DNA of 62,913 nucleotides from Flavobacteriaceae bacterium (GTDB taxonomy: Bacteria > Patescibacteriota > Minisyncoccia > Phycocordibacterales > UBA1006), in the NCBI GenBank assembly GCA_047614005.1, contig JBLHIK010000001.1, positions 1 through 62,913 on the forward strand, written 5' to 3'. Positions 18,577 to 31,002 of this stretch are shown here, piece after piece (the first letter of the stretch is position 1; the number at the start of each line of letters is the position of its first letter). A program made the translations under genes and the position numbers. The notes under the pieces were generated by a model. It worked only from the letters and a program-made list of their open reading frames with translations. It searched no databases and was not told the origin of the DNA.

Positions 18577-19485
18577 TTAGTTCTTCTCTTTTTTATTCCA
18601 AAGCACAAGAAGAGGAGATGCAAGGAAGATAGATGAGTATGTACCAATAAAGATACCTACTGCAAGAGTAAGGGCAAATATTTTTGTACTTTCTGGCCCC
18701 CATAGAACAAGAGCACCAAGAACGAAGAGAGTAGAAAGTGATGTATTGAAAGAACGCACCAACGTTTGAGAAAGGCTTGTCCCTACTGTCTGAGAGAAGG
18801 CTTCTTTTGTATCTTCTTCTTTGTTTTTAAGAAGATTTTCACGCACACGATCAAATACTACGATAGTGTCATTGATAGAGAGTCCTAGCACAGTAAGAAG
18901 AGCCACTATGAACAGTGTATCAGCCTGTGCACCCATAAACTTCGTAAAGAAGACAAACACACCTGATGTTATGAGAACATCGTGTATGAGCGCTATAATA
19001 GCTACAAATCCATATTTCCAAGAAGAAACAGGCTCTGAAACATGCCGAAACACATAAGCAATAAAGAAGACGATAGCAATAATGACTACTACGATAGCAA
19101 GTATCGCTTTTTTACGTAATTCATCCCCCACTGATGGGCCAATAGATGTAAAAGTCTTTAGAGAGACATTGTCTTCTCCTTCTATATTTCCTCCAAGAGT
19201 ATCGAGTATGGTACCTCGCATTACTTCATCAATGATATTCATTTTCAGAATAAGACCTTTTTCTCCTGTAGGCTGCAACACTACAATACCCAGCTCGAGA
19301 TCTGTAAGACTATTTTGAATAAAGTCATTTGAAGGACGCTCAGTCATGTATTCTACTTCCATGAGAGTTCCTCCCTTAAAGTCTATTCCCGGGTTAAGTC
19401 CAAATACGACAAGCACTGCTATAGCAGAAGCTACAAGAAGAGCTGATATTGAAAGAAATATTTTTTTGTATTTTATTATGTTCAT
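18577..19485 (-). CDS. secF: protein translocase subunit SecF
   Basis: GIDFKGGT, six-TM pattern, SINDTIVVFDRVRE. Follows secD. Confidence 0.9.
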   Translation of the reverse strand: MNIIKYKKIFLSISALLVASAIAVLVVFGLNPGIDFKGGTLMEVEYMTERPSNDFIQNSLTDLELGIVVLQPTGEKGLILKMNIIDEVMRGTILDTLGGNIEGEDNVSLKTFTSIGPSVGDELRKKAILAIVVVIIAIVFFIAYVFRHVSEPVSSWKYGFVAIIALIHDVLITSGVFVFFTKFMGAQADTLFIVALLTVLGLSINDTIVVFDRVRENLLKNKEEDTKEAFSQTVGTSLSQTLVRSFNTSLSTLFVLGALVLWGPESTKIFALTLAVGIFIGTYSSIFLASPLLVLWNKKEKN

Positions 19486-19486
19486 A

Positions 19487-20863
19487 TTATTTTTTGAAAC
19501 CTGATGAAAATACAGTACGAGTGAATCTTGTATCTTTATTAGTAATAGCCATGAGAAGTATGCGACTTACTGTAATAGCCGATATCATAGAGACGAGCAC
19601 TCCTAGTCCGAAAGTAAGAGCAAATCCACGTATAAGTGACGGCGCTGTGATAAAGAGAATGAAAGCAGAGATAATACTTGATGCATTAGAATCTCGAATA
19701 GAAATCCATGCCCTAGCAAAACCATCTTTCATGGCTGTTACCATGTCTTTGTCTTTGTTTTTCATTTCTTCCTTAAGTCGTTCAAATATAAGGACATTTG
19801 CATCAACTGCAATACCAACAGACAAGACAAACCCCGCTATACCAGCTGCAGTAATAGTCACAGGTATTACCTTAAAGAGCCCTAGCATGACAGCTCCGTA
19901 AATACCTAGTGATATTACAGCTATGACTCCTGGTAATCGATACCAAAGAATAAAGAAAAGTGCGACGATAAGAAAACCAATAATAGCCGCTCTCACCCCT
20001 GCTTCAGTAGTAGATTTTCCAAGTGTCGGACCAATCTCTTGCGTTGCAACGAGACTAATCTCGACAGGTAAAGCTCCAAGAGAGAGTCGGCTTGCAAGGT
20101 CTTTTGCTCCATCGAGAGTAAAGTCTCCAGAAACAATAGCTTCTCCACCTGAGATGGCATCTCGTATCACTGGTTGAGAGATAGGAGATCTATCGAGAAA
20201 TATAGCAAGAACATTTCCGATATTTTCTGATGTGATCTTCTCAAATATATCTCCACCCTCTTTGGTAAACGTCAAAGCTACAATAGGTTCTCCTCCGAGT
20301 CCACCATTACCGCCTTGAGAAAAATCTACTCGTGCACTTTTAAGGTACTGACCAGTCAGCTCTGTCGTGATAAATGGTTCTATTATCTTTACCTCACCTG
20401 TAATTTCATCAGTTACCACATTTACATAAGGTCCACCTTCTGGAGCAAGAGTGATGTCGAACTCTGGATTTAAAAGGCGAAATTCAAGGAGAGGTGTTTC
20501 TCCTATGACTCCTGTTGCTTGTTCCACGTCGGTAACACCAGGAAGTTCTACGAGGAGTCGTGCTGTATTTTCATCACGAAGAAAACCTCCTTTTTCTACG
20601 CGAATAGTAGGCTCGAGAACTCCTAGTGCTCCCGATACATCACTGTTTACACGACGTTCAATAACATCACGAAGAGAGTCGAGGCGACCATCTATTTCAG
20701 CTGCAGGAACGTTAGAAATGTCTGCATCATAGGTGAGAAGCACTCCTCCAGAAAGATCGAGACCTAGTCTAAAAGGTTTTGTTTGATTACTTGAAAATGT
20801 TGCAAATGCGATGAGAACACCGAGAGCAAGAACTACTAAAGCTATTATTCTTTTCTTTAACAT
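19487..20863 (-). CDS. secD: protein translocase subunit SecD
   Basis: GLDLSGGV, periplasmic domain, C-terminal TM bundle with GIAVDANVLIFERLKEE. Confidence 0.9.
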   Translation of the reverse strand: MLKKRIIALVVLALGVLIAFATFSSNQTKPFRLGLDLSGGVLLTYDADISNVPAAEIDGRLDSLRDVIERRVNSDVSGALGVLEPTIRVEKGGFLRDENTARLLVELPGVTDVEQATGVIGETPLLEFRLLNPEFDITLAPEGGPYVNVVTDEITGEVKIIEPFITTELTGQYLKSARVDFSQGGNGGLGGEPIVALTFTKEGGDIFEKITSENIGNVLAIFLDRSPISQPVIRDAISGGEAIVSGDFTLDGAKDLASRLSLGALPVEISLVATQEIGPTLGKSTTEAGVRAAIIGFLIVALFFILWYRLPGVIAVISLGIYGAVMLGLFKVIPVTITAAGIAGFVLSVGIAVDANVLIFERLKEEMKNKDKDMVTAMKDGFARAWISIRDSNASSIISAFILFITAPSLIRGFALTFGLGVLVSMISAITVSRILLMAITNKDTRFTRTVFSSGFKK

Positions 20864-20901
20864 GTTTCTGAGTATAGCTCTTTGAAAAAGATATGTCTAG
20901 T

Positions 20902-20938
20902 AAAAAATAAAAACCACAATCAAGATTTGATTGTGGTT
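20902..20938 (-). terminator. rho-independent terminator after ORF 20957..21958
   Basis: AACCACAATCAA-atc-TTGATTGTGGTT followed by a T-rich tract on the minus strand. Confidence 0.6.
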
Positions 20939-20956
20939 TAATTCAAAAATAAATAT

Positions 20957-21958
20957 TTAGCTTTTAAAAGAATTTATTAAATATAGATTACATAAATCTT
21001 CTTCTTTGCAACCCACAACTAAAAAACTTTTTTTAGTTTTATGAGTTTTGGTAGTATTCATTTGAATATACATATTATCAGGTTCGCAAATAATAAAAAT
21101 ATTTTCTCCAAAGTACTCCCTTGCTTGTTCTATGCTTTTTTTTATTGGGGCACAAATTTCATTTGAAAATTTATTTTGTAACAAAAAATCAACTTTAAAA
21201 GACACCTTACTAGAAGCCCCATACATTTGAGCATGGGAACTGTGGTCTTTATAATCTTTATAAAATAAAGGGAATAATAATCTTAAATCATATTCATTGC
21301 ATTTAAAAAATTTAGTAAAATTTTGTTTAAAAAAATAAAGATTACTTACATCTGAATAATATTTCTTAAAAATATCAGGCATACTGATAGACCAGATTAT
21401 ATTATTATCAAAATTATCTATTTCTTTCTTCATAAAATTTTCGAAAGTAGTTCCTCCAGAAGAGTCATCAGTTATTTTCCAAATGTTTTTATACGAAAAA
21501 GATATCTCAAAATTATTACCATGTAAAGAAAAAGGAATTACAAAAGGAAACCCTTTATCATTTCTCTGATTCAATACTTCCTTTTTTATTATTTTGTATT
21601 TTTTCAACAAGTGTTCATTTTTTTTAAAAAATGATTCCTTTTCTAAAATAATTTCTTTTTCTTTTGCAAGATCTTGCAAGTCACCAGAAAATTTAATATT
21701 TTGGTTTTCAAGATCCATAATTTTTCTATCAAATTCCTCTTTTTTCAGATTTTCTATGTTTAATAAATTTTTCTGTGCACTCTTATACTTTTTTATTTCT
21801 GTATCATTGCAATCAATTTTATGTTTTGCAATCAATATTTTTTGATCTATGGAACTTATCTTATAACTTAAAGAATATTCTTCTTCTGATACTTTTATAT
21901 AAGTTGCATCTTGTAAAATTCTCTGTATTTCTGTAACATTTAATTCTTGAACACTCAT
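20957..21958 (-). CDS. hypothetical protein with N-terminal coiled coil (very AT-rich gene)
   Basis: 333-aa ORF, no recognisable motif. Composition is visibly more AT-rich than the flanking secD and PAP2 genes. Confidence 0.55.
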   Translation of the reverse strand: MSVQELNVTEIQRILQDATYIKVSEEEYSLSYKISSIDQKILIAKHKIDCNDTEIKKYKSAQKNLLNIENLKKEEFDRKIMDLENQNIKFSGDLQDLAKEKEIILEKESFFKKNEHLLKKYKIIKKEVLNQRNDKGFPFVIPFSLHGNNFEISFSYKNIWKITDDSSGGTTFENFMKKEIDNFDNNIIWSISMPDIFKKYYSDVSNLYFFKQNFTKFFKCNEYDLRLLFPLFYKDYKDHSSHAQMYGASSKVSFKVDFLLQNKFSNEICAPIKKSIEQAREYFGENIFIICEPDNMYIQMNTTKTHKTKKSFLVVGCKEEDLCNLYLINSFKS

Positions 21959-22130
21959 AATATTTAGTTTTTAAAGAACAGGTGTATGTATTTATCTACC
22001 TACTCTTGAGTTAATACTTACGTTATCATTTTTTATTCTACAGGTTTATGAACTATTGTCAAGAATTTTCTTGACTTATTTATATAAATATATAGAGTTT
22101 GTATAAACGAACCATAAAAACTTAAACATT

Positions 22131-22547
22131 ATGAACAAGCGACTTGGAATTACTTATTTTATTATTACATTAGTATTTTTTGTACTATTGTACCGGCAAG
22201 ATTATCTTGCAAATATTGATCTTTTCTTAATATTAATATTTTTTGGATTTGCTCTAGTGATTAGTATCGTATCTAAATTACTTTACAAAAATATCAGACT
22301 TAAGAATCTAGAACCATTAGACCTGTGTGAAGTGTTGAGCTTTCACACAGATAAAGATGTTTTCATCATAGAAGATACTTTCACTGAAGGTCAATACAAA
22401 TTTACCTTTAATTATCTATCAATAGATAACAGGTATTCGACTATTGTGAAAAGTAAAAATAATTTAATAAGGATGTATGATTTTACTGGTAACGGAAACT
22501 ATGCCATAAGAAAATATAAACATGGCTTGAAATTAGAAAGAAAATAG
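22131..22547 (+). CDS. hypothetical two-TM membrane protein (AT-rich)
   Basis: 138-aa ORF, divergent from 20957..21958. Confidence 0.5.
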   Translation: MNKRLGITYFIITLVFFVLLYRQDYLANIDLFLILIFFGFALVISIVSKLLYKNIRLKNLEPLDLCEVLSFHTDKDVFIIEDTFTEGQYKFTFNYLSIDNRYSTIVKSKNNLIRMYDFTGNGNYAIRKYKHGLKLERK

Positions 22548-22572
22548 CACTGAGGCATAAAAGTTTTATCTT

Positions 22573-23097
22573 TTATGCCTTATTTTTTATGTATTTTTTT
22601 ATTATTGAGTGAACGAGAAGAGCGACCAAAATACCTATTATTGCTCCTGCTACCACATCACGCATGAAATGAACATGAGAAAGAACGCGCGCAGTAGCTA
22701 TCAGTCCTGCCCCCACCAAGCCCACTATTCCTGCTTTTTTATGATGAAGAAAAAGAGAGAGAGCGAGCCCAAAAAATATAGCAGAATGTCCTGAAGGAAA
22801 CGATGCATCCGAACCCGTGTATTGAAAAAAGGAAACAACATCCAGAGATTCTTGATAAGGACGAGGAGCGTCTATGTATAATTTCAGAAAATACACGAGA
22901 GTACCTGTAACAATACTAGTATATGCCATTTCCAAAAGATGACGTGAATGCCTCACTTTGAGAGATACTACTGAAACCATATGACCCTTGTGTATAAATT
23001 CAAAAAGAAAAAATGTACATAGAAAAAAGATATCAAAATCGCGTGCAAAAAATATAACAATATCTTTATACATTTCGTTCATAGTACAAAACAACAT
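22573..23097 (-). CDS. PAP2-family phosphatase (undecaprenyl-diphosphatase-like)
   Basis: KLYIDAPRP, PSGHS and SHVHFMRDV match the KxxxxxxRP / PSGH / SRxxxxxHxxxD pattern. The true start is probably an internal Met, since the ORF overlaps the folD end. Confidence 0.8.
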   Translation of the reverse strand: MLFCTMNEMYKDIVIFFARDFDIFFLCTFFLFEFIHKGHMVSVVSLKVRHSRHLLEMAYTSIVTGTLVYFLKLYIDAPRPYQESLDVVSFFQYTGSDASFPSGHSAIFFGLALSLFLHHKKAGIVGLVGAGLIATARVLSHVHFMRDVVAGAIIGILVALLVHSIIKKYIKNKA

Positions 23098-23905
23098 TTT
23101 CGAATAAAGAAGAAACAGTAAGAGGCCCTATCCCTCCTGGTACTGGAGTGTATCCATATGCTTTTTCATATGTCGAAGAATCAAAATCTCCTACAATAGA
23201 AACTCCATCACTAGTCGTTCCTGCGTCTATGAGAATACAACCCTCTTTTATATCATTGCCTTTAATAAGAGAAGGAACTCCTGTCCCAGAAATGATAATG
23301 TCAGCATCTCGTACCTCATCTAAGAGATTATCAGTGTGGTCAATGATGGTATATGATATACCATCTCTGTCAAAGAGACGTGCTATCTGAAGTCCCACTA
23401 ATGGCCCTTTTCCTATAATAAGTACTTTTTTATTCTCTAGAGATATACTATATTCTCTTACAATATCCATAACAGCTCGCGCCACAGGTGGAACAAATTC
23501 TGTATTATTATGAATAAAGCTATCTATAGCCAGAGAAGATAGTATATCTATGTCGTATTCTTCTGGAACGCACGAAAGTATATTTTCTTTTGAAAATATG
23601 TCAGGCAAAGGTAATTGAATAATACATGGATTGCCTACTCTCAAAAGAGATTCTTTGACTTTCTCTTCGGATGTATTTTCTGGAAAATGTATCACTTCCA
23701 CTTTGACACCAATCTTTTTTCCATATCTTTTTTTGACTTCGATATATTGTTCTATGACGGGATTGTTCCCAATATAGAAAATACTCAAAAGAGGAGCATG
23801 AGATAAATTCCCTATGCGTTTCTTTTGTTTTTCTAAAATCTGTTTTTGTATTTTTTTTCCGTCAAACATCATATTATAATCCAACAAAATCTTTCTGTCT
23901 GTCAC
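23066..23905 (-). CDS. folD: bifunctional methylenetetrahydrofolate dehydrogenase/cyclohydrolase
   Basis: FDGKKI..., GKGPLVGLQIA Rossmann motif, TPVPGGIGPLTV. The likely start is Met at 23872, just after the SEDS stop. Confidence 0.85.
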   Translation of the reverse strand: MTDRKILLDYNMMFDGKKIQKQILEKQKKRIGNLSHAPLLSIFYIGNNPVIEQYIEVKKRYGKKIGVKVEVIHFPENTSEEKVKESLLRVGNPCIIQLPLPDIFSKENILSCVPEEYDIDILSSLAIDSFIHNNTEFVPPVARAVMDIVREYSISLENKKVLIIGKGPLVGLQIARLFDRDGISYTIIDHTDNLLDEVRDADIIISGTGVPSLIKGNDIKEGCILIDAGTTSDGVSIVGDFDSSTYEKAYGYTPVPGGIGPLTVSSLFENVVLYYERNV

Positions 23906-24986
23906 TATAGCGAACTTTTTGACTAAAGCGTCTCATTCCCATAAGCATTCCAAGGGCTAAGAATAGCATAACAAGATATGAACCACCATAACTCACAAAA
24001 GGTAGATTAATACCCGTCACCGGAAGCAGTCCTATGTTCATACCAATATTTACAATACTATGTGTCACTATCATACACGCAACACCAATACCAAAAAGCA
24101 TCTCGAAATTATTACTACTACGAAGAGATATAATGCATAAGCGCAGAATAACAAGACAGAGGAACATAAGGAAAAAGGACACCCCTACAAAACCCCATTC
24201 TTCTGCAAATGACGCAAATATAAAGTCTGTTTCATTTTCGGGAAGAAACTGCAAGCGAGACTGTGTTCCATACCCCACCCCTTTTCCTAGCACTTGCCCA
24301 GACCCCACTGCTACGAGTGACTGATATGCATTATATCCTGCTCCTTGAATATCAGTCAGAGGATTAAGGAAGCTTGTGATACGAGCTTTCTGATAAGGTG
24401 CAAATACAAATGACCAAAAGACAAAAAAAGTTGATACTAAAATAGCAGCTAATATAAAAAGATGCTTTTTGGAAATACCAGATATGAGTGCCATACCAAA
24501 CCAAATAGCAAACAAAACCATAGCAGAACCAAAGTCAGGCTGAAGAAGAACGAGAGAGAAAGGAATAAGCATATATATAGCGGAAATAATAATATGTTTC
24601 ATTCGAGATATCTCGATGTGTCGCCGTGAAAAGTATTTTGACAGGACGAGAACAAGGGTGATTTTTGCAAAGTCTACAGGCTGAAAAGAAAAACCACCAA
24701 AATCAAACCAGGATTGAGCCCCCTTAATAGTCGATCCCACAAAAAAAAGAAGAACGAGAAGTAATACTGAAACACCATAAAGAATAATGAGTGTTTTTCC
24801 TTTTTGCAAAAATGAAAAATCAATAAAAGAAGCAGCAGTAAAGACAACAAGGGAAATAACTATCCATAGTAATTGCTTTTGGAAAAAGTTTGTCTCACCT
24901 GTAAATGAATACATAGATAAAAGTCCAGCTCCTAAAAGAGGAACAATAAAAAGAAGCAAAGGATAATCTATGGCATTCTTTTTCAT
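23874..24986 (-). CDS. SEDS-family peptidoglycan glycosyltransferase (FtsW/RodA)
   Basis: Multi-TM 370-aa ORF with QPDFGSAMV, ETDFIFASFAEEWGF, and LPFVSYGGS. Confidence 0.85.
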   Translation of the reverse strand: MKKNAIDYPLLLFIVPLLGAGLLSMYSFTGETNFFQKQLLWIVISLVVFTAASFIDFSFLQKGKTLIILYGVSVLLLVLLFFVGSTIKGAQSWFDFGGFSFQPVDFAKITLVLVLSKYFSRRHIEISRMKHIIISAIYMLIPFSLVLLQPDFGSAMVLFAIWFGMALISGISKKHLFILAAILVSTFFVFWSFVFAPYQKARITSFLNPLTDIQGAGYNAYQSLVAVGSGQVLGKGVGYGTQSRLQFLPENETDFIFASFAEEWGFVGVSFFLMFLCLVILRLCIISLRSSNNFEMLFGIGVACMIVTHSIVNIGMNIGLLPVTGINLPFVSYGGSYLVMLFLALGMLMGMRRFSQKVRYSDRQKDFVGL

Positions 24987-24992
24987 ACTTTT

Positions 24993-25775
24993 TTATATAT
25001 CCAGTGAATAAAAATTAAAACGAGGAATATATTCTTCTCGTACTATTTTTTCTTCAAAAGGTTTTTGCCATGTAAAGAAAATATCTGTCTCTTTACCAGG
25101 GGCCACATAAGAGAGCTCTGTCTTACTTGAATGGACTGCGTTTCCTCTTTCATCATAAAGAATAGTAATGAGCTCTAACTCAGGGAGAGTATAAAGTGAA
25201 TCGTTGAGGATTTTTCCTGAGAGACGAGGACGACTTTCTTCTTTAGAAAAACGAAAATCTCGAACAGGAAGAGAAATAGCATCGAGGGTTTTTTTCGACA
25301 ATGTCTCCCATGGGGTAATTGGAATAAATTCAAAAGTAGTACGCACGACAGGTCTATTAAGAGAACCTACAATACGAGGTTCGAAAATAGCAGTTGTTCC
25401 ATTTGGATTTATAAAGGTCTCTCCTGTCCTCTGAGTAATCAACGCATTTTCTTTGTCGAGGAGTTTAAAACGATACGAGATACGCTCTATTCCTGCATAA
25501 GGGTTTCTGTTTTCTAGATATGCTACTGAGTTGTACTCTCTATTAGATACTTCAAAAGATCGCGCCCATTGCACAGCGAGTTCAGATACTTCTGCATTGC
25601 AAGCTTTCGAGCAGTCCCCTCCACAATCTATCCCTGACTCAACACCATTTCTCATATCATCAAAACATGTAGGTTTTTTATTTATGGCAGGTAAAATAAA
25701 TAAAAAAACAATAAAAAGAAGAACAGCAACTGTTCCAAAAAAATATAGTAATTGCCTCTTTTTTGCCCATATCAT
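24993..25775 (-). CDS. hypothetical membrane-anchored protein with a Cys-rich segment
   Basis: 260-aa ORF with an N-terminal TM segment and CFDDMRNGVESGIDCGGDCSKAC. Confidence 0.55.
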   Translation of the reverse strand: MIWAKKRQLLYFFGTVAVLLFIVFLFILPAINKKPTCFDDMRNGVESGIDCGGDCSKACNAEVSELAVQWARSFEVSNREYNSVAYLENRNPYAGIERISYRFKLLDKENALITQRTGETFINPNGTTAIFEPRIVGSLNRPVVRTTFEFIPITPWETLSKKTLDAISLPVRDFRFSKEESRPRLSGKILNDSLYTLPELELITILYDERGNAVHSSKTELSYVAPGKETDIFFTWQKPFEEKIVREEYIPRFNFYSLDI

Positions 25776-25865
25776 ATAGATAACTATAGCATATTACCTC
25801 ATAGTATATAATCCTTCATATTTCATTATTTCCCAATTTGCAAGTCACTTGCAAATTCAAAATAA

Positions 25866-25890
25866 CTGCAGGAGGTCCGACCTCCTGCAG
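25866..25890. repeat. GC-rich perfect palindrome CTGCAGGAGGT-CCG-ACCTCCTGCAG (dispersed family, copy 1)
   Basis: Read directly. The same element occurs at 38441, 39037, 39764 and 39811, with a degenerate copy at 42643. Confidence 0.85.
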
Positions 25891-26129
25891 TTTTCACGAT
25901 AAGGTTGTTTTGATTGAATGGTTTTAAATTTGGAAAAACGTTGCAATTATTTCTTGAAGATAGGGTTCAATTGATTGACATATACATGCAAACCTGCCAT
26001 ACTACATATCAAGAAGTACATTGAAAAACATTTAGTTGAAGTCGCCTTTTGATTGGTTCATCTCAGTTTCTCTATGGAAGTTGAGATGAGTCAATCACGA
26101 AGGTAGATTTTTAACTAATAATTATAATT

Positions 26130-26354
26130 ATGAAAAAAACATGGTTTTATTATGGATTTTCAGATCGAAGAAGAGGAATCTGGACAACAGGTACTTTCTT
26201 TGGAACTACAGAGGAACTGTTTAAAAACGGAGACTTTTTAAGAACTTTTGCACAGAGCTATTCCATATCTTTTTATTATGAATTAACACCTGAAGGTGAA
26301 AAAATTAAATTAGAATTCACTGGAGATCAGTTATATAAATTCAGAACAGCTTGA
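26130..26354 (+). CDS. hypothetical small protein (74 aa)
   Basis: ORF with ATG and a downstream hairpin plus T-run at about 26405..26445. No motif. Confidence 0.4.
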   Translation: MKKTWFYYGFSDRRRGIWTTGTFFGTTEELFKNGDFLRTFAQSYSISFYYELTPEGEKIKLEFTGDQLYKFRTA

Positions 26355-26496
26355 GATCTTATGAAAAAGAGGAAGCTGAAAGTAATGCTTAAATTACAGA
26401 TTGATTAAAAACCAAGCGCCTAGATAGATATTCTATTTAGGTGTTTTTTATATACAAAAATACCACATCAATAACAAGCTATCACTTATTGTTATT

Positions 26497-26855
26497 AGAT
26501 TCTGGAGTTCGTCAATTTTTTCTCAAGAGATTCATTAAAAGTTTTAAACTTAAAGCAACAAAAAAGCAATATTATTGCTTTTTTGAGGTATAAAAAAATA
26601 CTGCATCAGTGTCTGGCTGTCGTCTATCTTTTCTCAAGGGGTTTTAGCAAAAAGTTTAAAATTTGGAAAAACAAAAAAGCAATATTATTGCTTTTTTGAG
26701 GCTATAAAGCCGATTTTACGGTATAAAAAAAATACCGCATTAATGTCTGGATATCGTCTATCTTTTCTCAAGGTATTTCATTAAAAAATTTAAAGTTTGA
26801 AGCAACAAAAAAGACATTTTAATGTCTTTTTTGGGTATAAAAAAATACTGCACAA
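26497..26855 (-). repeat. tandem array (about 3.5 units of ~114-134 bp), each unit a decayed 5S 3'-end fragment plus an A6-stem-T6 terminator hairpin
   Basis: Hairpins AAAAAAGCAATATTATTGCTTTTTT at 26558..26586 and 26672..26697, and AAAAAAGACATTTTAATGTCTTTTTT at 26806..26832. TGTCTGGCTGTCGTCTATCTTTTCTCAAGG-type segments align to the 5S 3' end TGTCTTGGCGACGACCTACTTTCCCCAAAG. Confidence 0.75.
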
Positions 26856-26965
26856 TGTCTTGGCGACGACCTACTTTCCCCAAAGAGTATCATCGGCGCA
26901 AAGAGGCTTAACTTCTGTGTTCGGAATGAGAACAGGTGTTTCCCTCTCGCTTTATCACCAAGACA
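26856..26965 (-). rRNA. rrf: 5S ribosomal RNA
   Basis: Minus strand reads TGTCTTGGTGATAAAGCGAGAGGGAAACACCTGTTCTCATTCCGAACACAGAAGTTAAGCC...GTCGTCGCCAAGACA. Helix I closes and the CCGAAC loop is present. Confidence 0.9.
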
Positions 26966-27061
26966 TTACGCAGTATTTCATATGTAATGTATGTGTAACG
27001 CAAGTTACAAGTATCTTATAGCAATCACGCTATAGATTTGATTTTTATTTTGATATACAGT

Positions 27062-30442
<3,381 letters not shown>

Positions 30443-30825
30443 TATATATCAATGAAATCTTTTTACAGATTTTGATGACCAACTATATAAATATAGTTGG
30501 TTCAATTTTTTGTCTAGCTGCACAGACCGCTCCGTACAGCATCAACTAACCTCGTCGTTCCTACACGATTTGGTTGTTCAGATAGTACGTATTGTACAAA
30601 ATACTATCCGCTGGTAAAGATTAGCAATAAATATCTTTACCTCCACATACACTACCTGCATTCACAGTGATTAATCTGTGAGATGATGCTGTGGGATTTA
30701 GTTGACAAAGTAATTTGCCGATTAGTAATAAAAAAACGCCTTACGGCGAATGGAAAGCATGAAAAGTTTCAGGGGCTAACTATTCGCTGTGTGTCTCTTT
30801 TTTATTACTCATATCAACGGAAGCG

Positions 30826-30854
30826 AGTATATACGAAGTACCTTTCTATGTCAA
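30826..30854 (-). promoter_or_regulatory. sigma70-like promoter candidate (TTGACA-17 nt-TATACT) upstream of the 23S-5S unit
   Basis: Read on the minus strand: TTGACAtagaaaggtacttcgtaTATACT. It lies ~380 nt upstream of the 23S 5' end. A short CGCC-GTAA-GGCG+T7 hairpin lies between, so assignment to rRNA is uncertain. Confidence 0.4.
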
Positions 30855-30946
30855 GAAAATTCCAAAGAAATATTTGTAATAGAAAAGAGGTATTGTACTA
30901 AGCTTATTTTGCATGTTTGAGTTTTGATATTTTGAGGCAAATTATA

Positions 30947-30974
30947 AAAGCGCAGGCCTTTGGCCTGCGCTTTT
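30947..30974 (-). terminator. bidirectional rho-independent terminator after ORF 31003..31683
   Basis: AAAAGCGCAGGCC-TT-TGGCCTGCGCTTTT. Confidence 0.7.
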
Positions 30975-31002
30975 ATGTCATAGATAAATAATCTAAAAAA
31001 GA

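Noticed and set aside
26497-26855. A CRISPR-like regular repeat array downstream of 5S.
   Set aside because: The inter-hairpin segments are homologous to each other and to the 5S 3' end, so they are not unique spacers. The repeats are A6-stem-T6 terminators and there are no cas genes.
30683-30901. 72-aa plus-strand ORF upstream of 23S.
   Set aside because: The composition is basic and irregular, it overlaps the promoter/leader region of the rRNA unit, and it has no RBS-like context. It is considered non-coding.
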